Shown here: positions 52,369-62,290 of the stretch, in pieces
Layout: each line of letters starts with the position of its first letter
Numbering within the stretch: position 1 is the first letter of the stretch
Assembly (NCBI GenBank): GCA_964565195.1
Contig: CAZMCQ010000001.1
Location: 61,153-125,152 of the forward strand
Length of the DNA stretch: 64,000 nucleotides
Source: an uncultured Candidatus Saccharibacteria bacterium
Lineage (GTDB): Bacteria; Patescibacteriota; Doudnabacteria; UBA920; 2-01-FULL-46-14
Direction: 5' to 3'
Translations under genes and position numbers: made by a program
The notes under the pieces: model-generated
What the model saw: only the letters and a program-made list of their open reading frames with translations
Told to the model about the DNA's origin: nothing
Database searches by the model: none

Positions 52369-53548
52369 GATGTTTTGTTGCGTAAACCAGGCCCCGCTCG
52401 CCAAGCCGCGGGAGGTTTTGCCGGTCATGATACATCTGCCTTACCAATGCCGCCGCCGCTTTGGCATCTTGAGCGGGAATCGCATAGCCGCATCCGGCGT
52501 TCTCAATCAGTTCAAACCCGCCACTCTCCTTGTGTAAAAATGCCAAAACCGGTTTGCCGGCAGCCAAATAACCCCAAAGCTTGCCCGGCACAAACGGCGT
52601 CCTGTTCTCCGGGCTTAGGCAAACGAGCCCCACGTCCGCATCCCTGACGAGATAAGGATACTCGGCTTCGGAAACAAAGGGCTTTACCAACACGTTGTTG
52701 ATATTGCCATTCTTTATCAGCTGCTCAATTTTTTTCCTCTCCATGCCGTCCCCGACTAAAAGGAAAATTATATTTTTGAGGTCTGGAACCTGCTTCGCCA
52801 CCTCCAAGATGAATTCCAGTCGCTGCGCCGGCCCGATCACTCCGGCAAAAAGAAAAATAAATTTACCCTGAAACGCCCAACGCGCCCGGAAAGAAATATG
52901 TCGGGTTAAATTCTGATAAGCGCTAACGTCAATCCAATGGGGAATGGTGACAACCTTTTCCGGTGGCACCGCTCTTTTCTCAATGAGGTACTGCCGGCCG
53001 GCTTCCGAATGGAAAGTAAGAATATCCGCGCTTTTATAGGCAGCTTTTTCCATCCATTCAAAAAGCCACACGGCAGGCTTGTATTTCCAGCCGGATAAAA
53101 TCCGCAAATCAATGGCGTTCTGCGGAAAAATATCACCGACTAATAAAATAAATCGCGCCCTGTGCCGCCTCTTTAATGCCCCCGCCGCCAAAGCCAGCGG
53201 CAACGGCGGGGTGAAAACGATAATGGTATCAATTCTGTCCTTGATAAATTTGCTGGCCTTCCAGAAAAATATCAAAGGCATGAGAAGCTGTGAAAATCCC
53301 CGCAGGATAAAGTTAACTTTGCGGTGCGCCAAAATCTTGATGCGAATGATTTTCACTCCGCCTTCCTCGGTCACCTCGGCAAATTTTTTTTGCCGGAATT
53401 CAGCCGGCAAATAATGCCTGGGGTAGGTTGCCAGAACCGAAACCATATACCCGCGCGTGGCCAGCCCTTCTGCCAGCTCCGCGATGATCTGCGCGGCGGA
53501 GGAAACTTCCGGCGGATACATATCCGAAATAATCAAAACATTTTTCAC
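52325..53548 (-). CDS. GT4 glycosyltransferase (WbuB-like)
   Basis: Motifs YPPE, DIFPQNA, AGVIGPAQ and PGKLWGYLAAGKP. Confidence 0.85.
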   Translation of the reverse strand: MKNVLIISDMYPPEVSSAAQIIAELAEGLATRGYMVSVLATYPRHYLPAEFRQKKFAEVTEEGGVKIIRIKILAHRKVNFILRGFSQLLMPLIFFWKASKFIKDRIDTIIVFTPPLPLALAAGALKRRHRARFILLVGDIFPQNAIDLRILSGWKYKPAVWLFEWMEKAAYKSADILTFHSEAGRQYLIEKRAVPPEKVVTIPHWIDVSAYQNLTRHISFRARWAFQGKFIFLFAGVIGPAQRLEFILEVAKQVPDLKNIIFLLVGDGMERKKIEQLIKNGNINNVLVKPFVSEAEYPYLVRDADVGLVCLSPENRTPFVPGKLWGYLAAGKPVLAFLHKESGGFELIENAGCGYAIPAQDAKAAAALVRQMYHDRQNLPRLGERGLVYATKHLSLEKGLDAVEKLF

Positions 53549-54651
53549 CGCCGTTTTCGCACAATTGTTGTCAGCCCGACAATATGCCGGAGCACCTTGC
53601 TGGAAACATTGGCATCGCGATAGTTTCGGGGGGCGTCAAAAATTTCGCCGGCCGCGGCCTGCCGCGTGACAATTTCTATGGCCTTGAGCACTGTCCCGCT
53701 CTCAAACCCGGACAAGATCAGATTACCTTCATCATACGCTTCCGGCCGCTCGGTGCTGCTGCGAAGCTGCACCGCGCGCAGGCCGAGAATGGCCGCCTCT
53801 TCGGGAATCGTGCCGCTGTCGGACAAAATGCAAAATGCTTGCTTTTGCAAATGCACGTAATCAAAAAAACCAAATGGTTCCCGAAATTTTACCAGTTTAT
53901 GGGCTTTGAGGTGATAATCCCAAAGTCGCTTTCTGGTTCTGGGGTGCGTGGTCACTATCAGGGGTAGTTGATACGCTTTGGCTACGGTATTTAATAACTT
54001 CACTGCGTTGCTCAAATTTTTTCTGCTTTCCACAACATCCTCGCGGTGAATGCTTACCACAAAAAAATTGCCCGCGACAACTCTCAATTCCTTTAAAATT
54101 TTTGACTGCCCGATTTGCCGGCCGTAATGCTTATAAATTTCCGCCATGGGCGAGCCGGTCACAAAAATTCTGTCCGGAGGCAGTCCCTCGCGCAGCAAAT
54201 TCAAACGCGCGTGCTCGCTATAAACCAAATTGACATCGCTGATGTGGTCAACAATCCGGCGGTTGATTTCTTCGGGAACGTTTTCGTCAAACGCGCGATT
54301 CCCGGCCTCCATATGGAAAATCGGGATCCCCATCCGTTTGGCGACGATCGCCGAGAGCGCGCTGTTCGTGTCCCCGAGAATCAAAACTGCATCCGGCTTT
54401 TCCTTTTTTAAAACTGCTTCGCTTTTCAACAATACATTCGCAATTTGTGCTCCCAGGGTCTCTGCCTGCACGCCCAAAAAATAATCCGGCTTCCGGATAT
54501 GCAAATCGTCGAAAAAAATCTGGTTCATCTCGTAGTCAAAACTCTGGCCGGTGTGGACCATGATGTGTTCTGTATACTCATCGAGCCGGGCCAACACCCG
54601 CGACAGCTTGATGATCTCGGGCCTAGTACCAAAAATAGTCAGGACCTTCAT
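53545..54651 (-). CDS. UDP-N-acetylhexosamine 2-epimerase (WecB/FnlC-like)
   Basis: Motifs GTRPEIIK, HTGQ, GDTNS, HMEAGNR, PEEINR, SDSGT and TERPE. Confidence 0.9.
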   Translation of the reverse strand: MKVLTIFGTRPEIIKLSRVLARLDEYTEHIMVHTGQSFDYEMNQIFFDDLHIRKPDYFLGVQAETLGAQIANVLLKSEAVLKKEKPDAVLILGDTNSALSAIVAKRMGIPIFHMEAGNRAFDENVPEEINRRIVDHISDVNLVYSEHARLNLLREGLPPDRIFVTGSPMAEIYKHYGRQIGQSKILKELRVVAGNFFVVSIHREDVVESRKNLSNAVKLLNTVAKAYQLPLIVTTHPRTRKRLWDYHLKAHKLVKFREPFGFFDYVHLQKQAFCILSDSGTIPEEAAILGLRAVQLRSSTERPEAYDEGNLILSGFESGTVLKAIEIVTRQAAAGEIFDAPRNYRDANVSSKVLRHIVGLTTIVRKRR

Positions 54652-55022
54652 ACTGCTTCAAAAAAAGTGTCCGGATCGCTTGGATTAAAAATTTCGCTTA
54701 TCCAAATTAAAAAAGTCATCTCCCCTTTCCCAGTATTTTGAATATTGTGCGTCCAGTTAGGCTCGATCTCCACAATTTTCGGCGCTTCGCCAGAAACATC
54801 GTGTTCCTGCATTTCGTTTGTGGAGCGATTTCGGAGTCTGATTTTCGCGCTTCCTTTTACCACGCAATACTGTTCCGATTTTCTGGCGTGGTAGTGATTG
54901 CCACGTGTCATGCCCGGTTTGGCCGTGACCAAAAGAATCTGACCAGTCACGAAATCGGGAAATTTAAAAACCTCCACCAATCTCCCTCGCGTATCTTCCT
55001 TAACGACCAGCCGTTCAGGCAT
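54648..55022 (-). CDS. Stand-alone cupin (WxcM/FnlB C-terminal-like) sugar epimerase
   Basis: Motifs DTRGRLVE, RGNHYH, THNIQN and SEIFNPSDPDT. Confidence 0.82.
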   Translation of the reverse strand: MPERLVVKEDTRGRLVEVFKFPDFVTGQILLVTAKPGMTRGNHYHARKSEQYCVVKGSAKIRLRNRSTNEMQEHDVSGEAPKIVEIEPNWTHNIQNTGKGEMTFLIWISEIFNPSDPDTFFEAV

Positions 55023-56031
55023 AAACTTTGTTCCTGAAGAGACGCAGCTCTTCCTGGATCTCTTCCAGAGACAAAAGCAATTCCCTCAATTCCTCCGCTT
55101 CCAGTCGCTTAGTATTGGCCGAAGTATACCCTCCTTCGGTTAGACCATTCAGGTTTACCCCCTGGATTTCCGGCCCGATTTTAAAATAATCGCGCAAATC
55201 TTCAACGCGCAGAATTTCTTCTGAAGAAATTAAACTCTCGTGCATTTTTTCTCCGGGACGGATCCCGATCTCGATGGTCCCTTTCTCGTAGTCAAAAATT
55301 TCGACCAAGGCCGCGGCCAAATCGCCCATCGTCGCTGCCGGGGTTTTTTTGATATAGATGGCGCCATTACCCCCTTCCATCAGCGCGTACAAAATCAAAT
55401 CAACTGAATCACGGATTGTCATCATAAACCTCGTCATGTTTTTATTGGTCAACGTAATCGGTTTGCCCCCTTTCATCTGTTCGATAAATACCGGAATAAC
55501 TGATCCTCGGGTATAAATTACGTTACCATACCGAGTAACGCAGACTTTGGTTTGCCCCCTTTTTTCACGGGCCGCCGCCAGCATAATGCGTTCCATAAGC
55601 GCCTTGGTCATACCCATAACGCCGATTGGATGAACAGCTTTATCAGTGCTCAAAAGTACGACTCGCTTTACGTTATTGCTAATAGCCGCATTAATGATGT
55701 TATGCGCACCAAGAGTATTGGTTTTGATCGCCTCCAGGGGGAAAAATTCACAATTGGCCACCTGCTTCAAAGCGGCGGCATGAAACACAAAATCCACACC
55801 GTGCATGGCACGATTGACAGAATCCATATCGCGAACGTCCCCAACAATAAACCGCAGCTTGTCATTATTAAATCTATTCCCCATATCAAACTGTTTGTTT
55901 TCATCTCTGCTGAAAATAATGAGTTTCACGGGGTTCAAAGACAAAAGCCGTTCCACGACCGCGTGGCCAAAAGAGCCCGTGCCGCCCGTAATCAAAATCG
56001 TCTTATGCTCAATTGTGTTTTTTTGGTCCAT
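55015..56031 (-). CDS. UDP-GlcNAc 4,6-dehydratase (CapD/FnlA-like)
   Basis: Motifs TGGTGSFG, FSRDE, HAAALKQV, STDKA, RYGNV and RPGEKMHE. Start reassigned to 56031. Confidence 0.9.
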   Translation of the reverse strand: MDQKNTIEHKTILITGGTGSFGHAVVERLLSLNPVKLIIFSRDENKQFDMGNRFNNDKLRFIVGDVRDMDSVNRAMHGVDFVFHAAALKQVANCEFFPLEAIKTNTLGAHNIINAAISNNVKRVVLLSTDKAVHPIGVMGMTKALMERIMLAAAREKRGQTKVCVTRYGNVIYTRGSVIPVFIEQMKGGKPITLTNKNMTRFMMTIRDSVDLILYALMEGGNGAIYIKKTPAATMGDLAAALVEIFDYEKGTIEIGIRPGEKMHESLISSEEILRVEDLRDYFKIGPEIQGVNLNGLTEGGYTSANTKRLEAEELRELLLSLEEIQEELRLFRNKVYA

Positions 56032-56866
56032 ATGACGAATTATACCTGCTTTCGTAAATTTTCGCATCTACCAAAAACCGATACCAAAAGGCCTGCAGAA
56101 AATGAAAGATGAGGCCGGCCTTGCCGTCCAGAAACCCGAGACGCAGCACATACCGGTAACAAAAATAAAAACAGGCCCGCCAGAACAGCGGCAACTTTAG
56201 ATAAATTTTTTCTTTTAGCCAGCGGGTTCGTTTGGCTTGCCCCGTAAGCCCCGCAGAACTTATTTCCGCGGCGTTAAAGTTTAAAATATCTTCGGCTTCG
56301 CGCCCAGCATACTGGTTATGCTTCGCGATCCACCAGGTAAGTCCCTTGCGGTTCTCATCAATAAAATCAGTTTGCAACCGCTCTGCCCGGCCCGCAAGGA
56401 GGATGGTGTGCTCATCCATGTTCCGGTCTTCCACTTTGCCTTTTCGATAGCGGAACAGCCGTAGTAGCCAAATCGGGTAATAACCGCCATGACGGATCCA
56501 CCGTCCCATAAAATATACGCGGCGCTTTATCAAAAATCCGCTCACGTCTGCTGTGACCTTGGGCAAAACTTCAGTTATCTCTTTCTTTAATTCTTCGGTT
56601 AGATACTCATCGGCATCCAAGCGAAGTACCCAGTCAAATTGGATTGGCAAGTTATCAAGCGCCCAGTTAAATTGTTTGGCATGATTTTCAAACGGGTGCT
56701 GGACAATTTTGGTATCATACCTGCGCGCAATCTCCAAAGTTTTATCGGTGGAAAAAGAGTCAACGACAAAAATCTCTTCCGCCCAGTCCAAAATATTCTC
56801 AAGGCATCGCTCAAGATGCGGCTCCTCGTTGGAGGTCAAAATTATCACGGTAATTTTATTGTTCAT
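56009..56866 (-). CDS. GT2 glycosyltransferase
   Basis: Motifs VDSFSTD, LDADE and HGGYYP. Confidence 0.88.
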   Translation of the reverse strand: MNNKITVIILTSNEEPHLERCLENILDWAEEIFVVDSFSTDKTLEIARRYDTKIVQHPFENHAKQFNWALDNLPIQFDWVLRLDADEYLTEELKKEITEVLPKVTADVSGFLIKRRVYFMGRWIRHGGYYPIWLLRLFRYRKGKVEDRNMDEHTILLAGRAERLQTDFIDENRKGLTWWIAKHNQYAGREAEDILNFNAAEISSAGLTGQAKRTRWLKEKIYLKLPLFWRACFYFCYRYVLRLGFLDGKAGLIFHFLQAFWYRFLVDAKIYESRYNSSYGPKKHN

Positions 56867-57975
56867 GCCTGATATCTCTCATATTCGCGGGCCATGGCTT
56901 CCGCGGCCTTACTGCACGAAAATTCCCGACTCACAAGCTCGCGGCCCCATCGTCCCATATTCCTGGCCAAATCCGGATTATTGAAAATTCTTAAAATCGC
57001 TGCCGCAACAAGCTTGACTTCTTTTCCCACCACGAGCCCGGCCCCGGCTTCTGCTACTTCCCCGGCAATCCCTACTCCATCAGTTAAAATTACTGGCACC
57101 CCCACGGCCATTGCTTCCAGGGCAGCCATGCCGAAACTTTCCGAGTCAGACGGCAGAACCAAGACGTCTGCGCGCTCAAGAGCGGCAAGCTTGTCCTGCC
57201 CCGAGAGCATTCCGGTAAAAAGGATCTTATCTTCCAAATGGAAATTGGAAATTAGAAATTGGATATTTTGCTTATAGTGTTTGTGATCAGGCCCGGCAAT
57301 CAACAGAACCGCTTCCGGGATTTGTTTGACAATTGCGGAGAACGCCTCCACGAGCACCTCCAAACCTTTGCCCGGGCTGATTCTTCCTAAAAACAAAATT
57401 ATTTTTTTGCCGTCGCGGCGGGCTCGTTCGCCTTGAGATTGCTCAATGTCAAGGCAGTTGGAGACAACTACTGCGTTTTTTGCCGGAAACCCCAGAGCCA
57501 GGTACTCCTCTTTTTCTTTTGCGGAAGTAAAATGAATGGCGGCGGCATCGGCCAGATTTCTCTTTTCCGCTAGGGCGAGGTACAATTTTTTCTTCAAGCT
57601 ATGATATTGCAGCGGCTCCCGCATCAACGATCCGTGACAGGAGATGACGTATGGCTTATGGTTTTTTTTGGCATAATGCGCGCCAAGCGTGGAGACTGCA
57701 AGAAATACCGAGCTGATATGGACTAAATCAAAATTTTTTACCTTTTCGGCGAGCGCTTTATGCAAAGCTCCAGAATAATACCAGCGCTTGAAGGTTAGAG
57801 GAAAATAATAAACCTTCACCCCGTCTATCACCCGCGTCGCGTCTCGGCCGGTTGTGTAAACAGTCAAATCATGGCCGCGCCTCACAAGTTCGCGGTTCAG
57901 GCCGTGAGCCGCGAGGATCGGCCCGGGCGAGTCTTGTGCTGGCAGATAGCTTGGAATTAAATGCAAAATTTTCAT
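56863..57975 (-). CDS. GT4 glycosyltransferase
   Basis: FLGRISPGKG and ESFGMAALEAM. An in-frame 7-mer repeat at 57237-57267 encodes NIQFLISNFH. Confidence 0.88.
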   Translation of the reverse strand: MKILHLIPSYLPAQDSPGPILAAHGLNRELVRRGHDLTVYTTGRDATRVIDGVKVYYFPLTFKRWYYSGALHKALAEKVKNFDLVHISSVFLAVSTLGAHYAKKNHKPYVISCHGSLMREPLQYHSLKKKLYLALAEKRNLADAAAIHFTSAKEKEEYLALGFPAKNAVVVSNCLDIEQSQGERARRDGKKIILFLGRISPGKGLEVLVEAFSAIVKQIPEAVLLIAGPDHKHYKQNIQFLISNFHLEDKILFTGMLSGQDKLAALERADVLVLPSDSESFGMAALEAMAVGVPVILTDGVGIAGEVAEAGAGLVVGKEVKLVAAAILRIFNNPDLARNMGRWGRELVSREFSCSKAAEAMAREYERYQA

Positions 57976-58925
57976 CGCATAATCTTGGTTAAATACTGAC
58001 CCAAAGCGGTGTGGCTTAACCGGTGGCGCAAGGGAGCGGAAAAAAGTCTTCTTCCCAAGAGCAGGCCTGTTTTGAGCCAGAAATTTGGCCTACTACGGCT
58101 GCGAATCCTTTGCTGTAAATCGTCGCGCAATGCTTGCCTGGTTTGGGCGCTCAAATTTCGGCTCTGGCTGAATTTCTCACACAATTCCTGCAGGGAGGCG
58201 GTATCGAGTCCGGCAAGCGGCCGGCCCAGAACTTTTTCCATCATTTTTTTTCGCAGCATAGATCCCAGCTGATTTTGCGTTGGCCAATGCTTGCTCATCA
58301 CTGAAGCCGCGTGCAGGCGGCGCAGGTACAGGATATCAACCAGATTGGCAAACCGCGTCATCAACATCAGCCGGCTCCAGAGCTCCGTATCTTCCACGTG
58401 AAGAAACTCCGGATTATATCCACCCGCTTGTCGGATAATATCGCGCCTCATCATCACCGTGGGGTGGCTGATTGCTGTCTCAAAAAACATTTTCCAAACG
58501 ATAGTCTCATGCTCTCTCGGCTGGTTGAGCGCAACAATCACGCGGCCCTTGCTGTCTGTTTGTTGCATGGCCGTGCCGAGCACGCCAATCTCCGGATGCC
58601 CCGCAAGGTAGCGAAACTGCATCGCCAACCGCCGCGGCAGGCTCACATCATCCGCATCCATACGCGCGATAAGTTCCCCGCGGGCGACGGCCAGGGCCTT
58701 GTTTAACGAATATGACAGGCCAAGGTTGAGATCATTTTTCAGGCGAATGATGCGCGGATCCAAAATTTGGTCTAAAATCTGCGGAGTTTGATCGGTGGAC
58801 CCATCGTCAATGATAATTAGTTCAAAATCCGCGAAGGTTTGGCGCAGAATGCTTTCCGCCGCCTCGCGGAGATATTTTTCCCCGTTGTAAACGGACAAAA
58901 GGACTGATATTCTCGGTATGTTCAT
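57972..58925 (-). CDS. GT2 glycosyltransferase
   Basis: Motifs YNGE, DDGSTD, RMDADD and EDTELW. Confidence 0.88.
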   Translation of the reverse strand: MNIPRISVLLSVYNGEKYLREAAESILRQTFADFELIIIDDGSTDQTPQILDQILDPRIIRLKNDLNLGLSYSLNKALAVARGELIARMDADDVSLPRRLAMQFRYLAGHPEIGVLGTAMQQTDSKGRVIVALNQPREHETIVWKMFFETAISHPTVMMRRDIIRQAGGYNPEFLHVEDTELWSRLMLMTRFANLVDILYLRRLHAASVMSKHWPTQNQLGSMLRKKMMEKVLGRPLAGLDTASLQELCEKFSQSRNLSAQTRQALRDDLQQRIRSRSRPNFWLKTGLLLGRRLFSAPLRHRLSHTALGQYLTKIMR

Positions 58926-59953
58926 AATTTTTGAATCGCGCGATAGACATCTTCACAAAATTTTTCCACCGTGAACGGCCGGTAGCGTTCGGAATTGATG
59001 AACTGCCAGCCCGCCTGCCGATAGTTTTCATAAACTTCCGTCCCGGCAATAGCTTGTAAATACGCTACCAGACCGTCCAAACTGCCAAAGTCATTGTAAT
59101 TGATATACGCCTTTGGGGGAATATATTGATCCGCGTTCGGCGGCGGCAGGTAGATGGGCACCGTACCGGTCGCCATGGCCATAAAGGGATCAAACTCAAA
59201 ATCTCCGGCCGGGATGGAATTTTGAACGCAAAACGTGAACCAGTATTCCGCGAAGGTTTCCCATTTATCAGGCGCAACCCCCTGATAAAGGTCAGTATAA
59301 AAAGGCGTTGTCCCCGGGATTCTGAAAATATTTGTGGCCGGCGCCTCCATATTCCAGCCAAAACCAAAAAGATCGAGCAGCCGATCCCCCCGTTTTTCAA
59401 AATATCTGATGATCTCGCGGCGGAGCGTGTAGAGTTCGCCCTTCACGCGCGAGAGTTTGTTGGACTGCATGAGAAGGCATAAATTCTTTTTGGGTTTGTG
59501 CAGGTAATACGGGTATTTTTCTTTCGGAAACGGCACTGGCACTTTGAATTCCACAAACTTGTCTGGATATTTTTCCGCAAGATCGCTGAAAGTGGCCAAA
59601 AAAACTTTGTGTAAGGGTAAATAGAAAGGCATATATTCCCAGGCCCAGTGGTTTGTCACCGCGGGTTCAGTGATTAAAAAAAGAACCCGCCGCGGATTGA
59701 TCAGGTTCTGCAGCATAAACAGATACTTTCGCCTTCCCGGCTCAAGCATCAGCCAGTAATCTATCCCGCGGCGGTTTTTATAGACATCATAAGTATGAAG
59801 CTCCATCCCCTTGCCGGCCAGAAATTTTTGCAGGGCCGCAAAACTTTCCACGACCGGCAGGCCGCCCATTTTGCGGTCATAAGCCGACCCCCGCGTCAAA
59901 ATTTCGTCCCGCAGCATTGATTCATGACCCGGGTGTAGCGCGATTTTAATCAC
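58922..59953 (-). CDS. GT10-like (fucosyltransferase-fold) protein, degenerate motif
   Basis: Motifs SNK, LYTLR, DLFGFGW, KWETFAEYWFTFCVQN and GTVPIY. Confidence 0.6.
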   Translation of the reverse strand: MIKIALHPGHESMLRDEILTRGSAYDRKMGGLPVVESFAALQKFLAGKGMELHTYDVYKNRRGIDYWLMLEPGRRKYLFMLQNLINPRRVLFLITEPAVTNHWAWEYMPFYLPLHKVFLATFSDLAEKYPDKFVEFKVPVPFPKEKYPYYLHKPKKNLCLLMQSNKLSRVKGELYTLRREIIRYFEKRGDRLLDLFGFGWNMEAPATNIFRIPGTTPFYTDLYQGVAPDKWETFAEYWFTFCVQNSIPAGDFEFDPFMAMATGTVPIYLPPPNADQYIPPKAYINYNDFGSLDGLVAYLQAIAGTEVYENYRQAGWQFINSERYRPFTVEKFCEDVYRAIQKL

Positions 59954-61034
59954 TTTTGAAAAACTCCTTTATCGACTCGCAAATTTTTGCGATTTGCTCA
60001 TCGCGAAGCTGGCTTGCGGACGGCAGCCACAGTCCCTGCCGCGCGATCCGTTCGGCCACGGGATGGCTTTCCTTCCGGTTATAAACCGCGGTGGCGTGCA
60101 GTGCGGGATAAAACGGCCGGCTGCCGATGTCGTGGTCTTTGAGAAACGCCATCAAATCCTCCCGCCGACTTTCCATCAAAATGTCAATAAACCACGGACA
60201 AACTTGATCCAAATCGGTCGGAATAAATGAAATGCCGGAAATCCCCTGTAAATGCTCACGGTAAAATTTGTAAATTTCTTTCTTGCGCTCCACGCGCCAA
60301 GCAAGTTTTTGCATCTGCTCAATGCCCACCACTGCCTGAAGATCAGTAAATTTGAAATTCCACCCCATGGTCAGGTAATGATCCTCCCCCGACTTCTCGC
60401 GGCCAAAGTCGCGCAGCTTCAAAACGCGCTCCATAATCTTCTGATCATTGGTAATCACAGCCCCGCCCTGCCCTGTGGAAATGATTTTTTGGGAACTGAA
60501 TGAGAGGCAGCCCACATCACCGAAAAGCCCGGCATGCTTGCCGCCCCGAAAAGATCCGAGGGACTGCGCCGCGTCTTCTATGACTTTTATGCCGCGCTCT
60601 CTTGCAAAAGCCAAAATGTTATCCAAAGACAAGGGGTACCGGCCATTGATACTTACCAAAACGATCGCTTTGGTCTTCTCTGTCGCAACCGCTTCCAAAG
60701 ATTTAAAATCCAGGCACAGCGTCTCTTCCTCAATATCCGCAAGTACCACCTCGGCGCCAGTCAGCGCCGCGGCATTGGCACTCGCCACCATGGTGTAGTC
60801 CGGCACGATCACCTCGTCCCCCGCCGTTATGCCCGAGGCATGGAGTGCCAAAAACAATGCTGTAGTGCCATTCGTAGTCACCGAGCAATATTTCGTTCCG
60901 GTGTACCCTGCGATCAGCCGCTCAAATTCGCGCGTTTTGGCAAACTCGGTCACCCAGCCCCCCGATCGCATGTACGCGTAAACGGCCTCCGCCTCCTCGT
61001 CGCCAAACCAAGGTTCCATCTGCGGGGTCGTCAT
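59946..61034 (-). CDS. DegT/DnrJ/EryC1/StrS sugar aminotransferase
   Basis: Motifs NGTTAL, EDAAQ, SFSSQKIISTGQGG, NFK and LWLPS. Confidence 0.92.
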   Translation of the reverse strand: MTTPQMEPWFGDEEAEAVYAYMRSGGWVTEFAKTREFERLIAGYTGTKYCSVTTNGTTALFLALHASGITAGDEVIVPDYTMVASANAAALTGAEVVLADIEEETLCLDFKSLEAVATEKTKAIVLVSINGRYPLSLDNILAFARERGIKVIEDAAQSLGSFRGGKHAGLFGDVGCLSFSSQKIISTGQGGAVITNDQKIMERVLKLRDFGREKSGEDHYLTMGWNFKFTDLQAVVGIEQMQKLAWRVERKKEIYKFYREHLQGISGISFIPTDLDQVCPWFIDILMESRREDLMAFLKDHDIGSRPFYPALHATAVYNRKESHPVAERIARQGLWLPSASQLRDEQIAKICESIKEFFKSD

Positions 61035-61576
61035 TTCTTTACGGCCTCGACATTTAGACTAATCAAAGTGCCATGTTTTTTATCCATGTGGGGAATGTAA
61101 GCTTGAGAATAATCATCATAATCTTGGTGAATGGTTTTTCTCCAATCATATCGACGAACCTTTATAAATCCGTTTTTTTTCAGGAGTTTTTTCAAATCCT
61201 GAAAATTGTACACGGTTTTATGATAGATGATTTTTTTGCTTCCTGAAATCGGCCACCGGCCATAAAGCGGCCCGAGGATTTTCCTTAAATCCTGATATTT
61301 CTTATAAACCTTAAGCAGTGCGTCCCAGTCCGGCACAGCCAAATGCAGAACCCCGCCCCGTTTCAAAACCCGACTCCATTCTTTGAGTACTTCTTGGGCT
61401 TCTACGCGATCAAAGTACTCAAAAGTATGAGAACAGTAAATTAAATCCGCCGAATTAGTTTTAAACATTGGCAGTTTATCGATCCTGTGGCGATAATCAA
61501 TGTGCGAAAATTTCGCCCAATCCACATGGACAAATCCGGGAATATATCGTTTGCCGCAGCCCAGATGAAGTTTCAT
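61031..61576 (-). CDS. Class I SAM-dependent methyltransferase
   Basis: Motifs KLHLGCG, SHTFEY and RVLKRGG. Confidence 0.85.
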   Translation of the reverse strand: MKLHLGCGKRYIPGFVHVDWAKFSHIDYRHRIDKLPMFKTNSADLIYCSHTFEYFDRVEAQEVLKEWSRVLKRGGVLHLAVPDWDALLKVYKKYQDLRKILGPLYGRWPISGSKKIIYHKTVYNFQDLKKLLKKNGFIKVRRYDWRKTIHQDYDDYSQAYIPHMDKKHGTLISLNVEAVKK

Positions 61577-62286
61577 GGAAAATGCGCGTTATTTATAAAC
61601 AAAGCATCTCCGGTAGTGAGCTGCCCATCCGGATAAGTATGGCAATCATAAAAATTGAAAAGTCTGAAATTATGCTCGCGCAAAAACATTTCCAGTTCGG
61701 AAAAACGCGGCGCGCCAGCGTACTCGTCCACAAATTCCACCTCGGTAACGATAACTTTTATCTTCGGCAACAGGGCGCGCGCTCCCTGAAGGGCGGCGAG
61801 TTCGGATCCTTCCAGATCCAGTTTCAGCACCGCAATGGACTCCTCGCTTGCGACCAGTTTCTCAAGTCTAACCATTGGCACGGAAATAGTTTTTATGAAC
61901 GCCGTGAGTGTCCCGTGATACCGCTCATTGAAAACGCCACGCGCAAAAACAGACGAGGAATAAAGATTGCCGGCGATATGAAAATCAGACACGCCATTGA
62001 AACTGCCGAGGGCCTTGGGTATCACCGTCACCCGGTCGTCTTGGCTGAATTTTTCGCGTAGGCGTCCGGCCAGATCGGGGTTGGCCTCAATGGCGTAAAT
62101 TCTGGGGTGCTGATATTGATTTAACAATAAATCCACAAGCTCTCCTTGATTGCTTCCGCCGTCGATGATCACGGGATGTTCAGTTCGGATCAGCGCTCTG
62201 ACATCAGTCCACAAGCTTCGTCTGGCGTTATTGCCAGTTTTGTTGCCCAACCGCATGCCGATAATTTGTCGCAGACGCTGCAACAT
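61573..62286 (-). CDS. FkbM-family methyltransferase
   Basis: Motifs IDGGSNQG, IEANP and LKLDLEGSE. Confidence 0.88.
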   Translation of the reverse strand: MLQRLRQIIGMRLGNKTGNNARRSLWTDVRALIRTEHPVIIDGGSNQGELVDLLLNQYQHPRIYAIEANPDLAGRLREKFSQDDRVTVIPKALGSFNGVSDFHIAGNLYSSSVFARGVFNERYHGTLTAFIKTISVPMVRLEKLVASEESIAVLKLDLEGSELAALQGARALLPKIKVIVTEVEFVDEYAGAPRFSELEMFLREHNFRLFNFYDCHTYPDGQLTTGDALFINNAHFP

Positions 62287-62290
62287 AAAT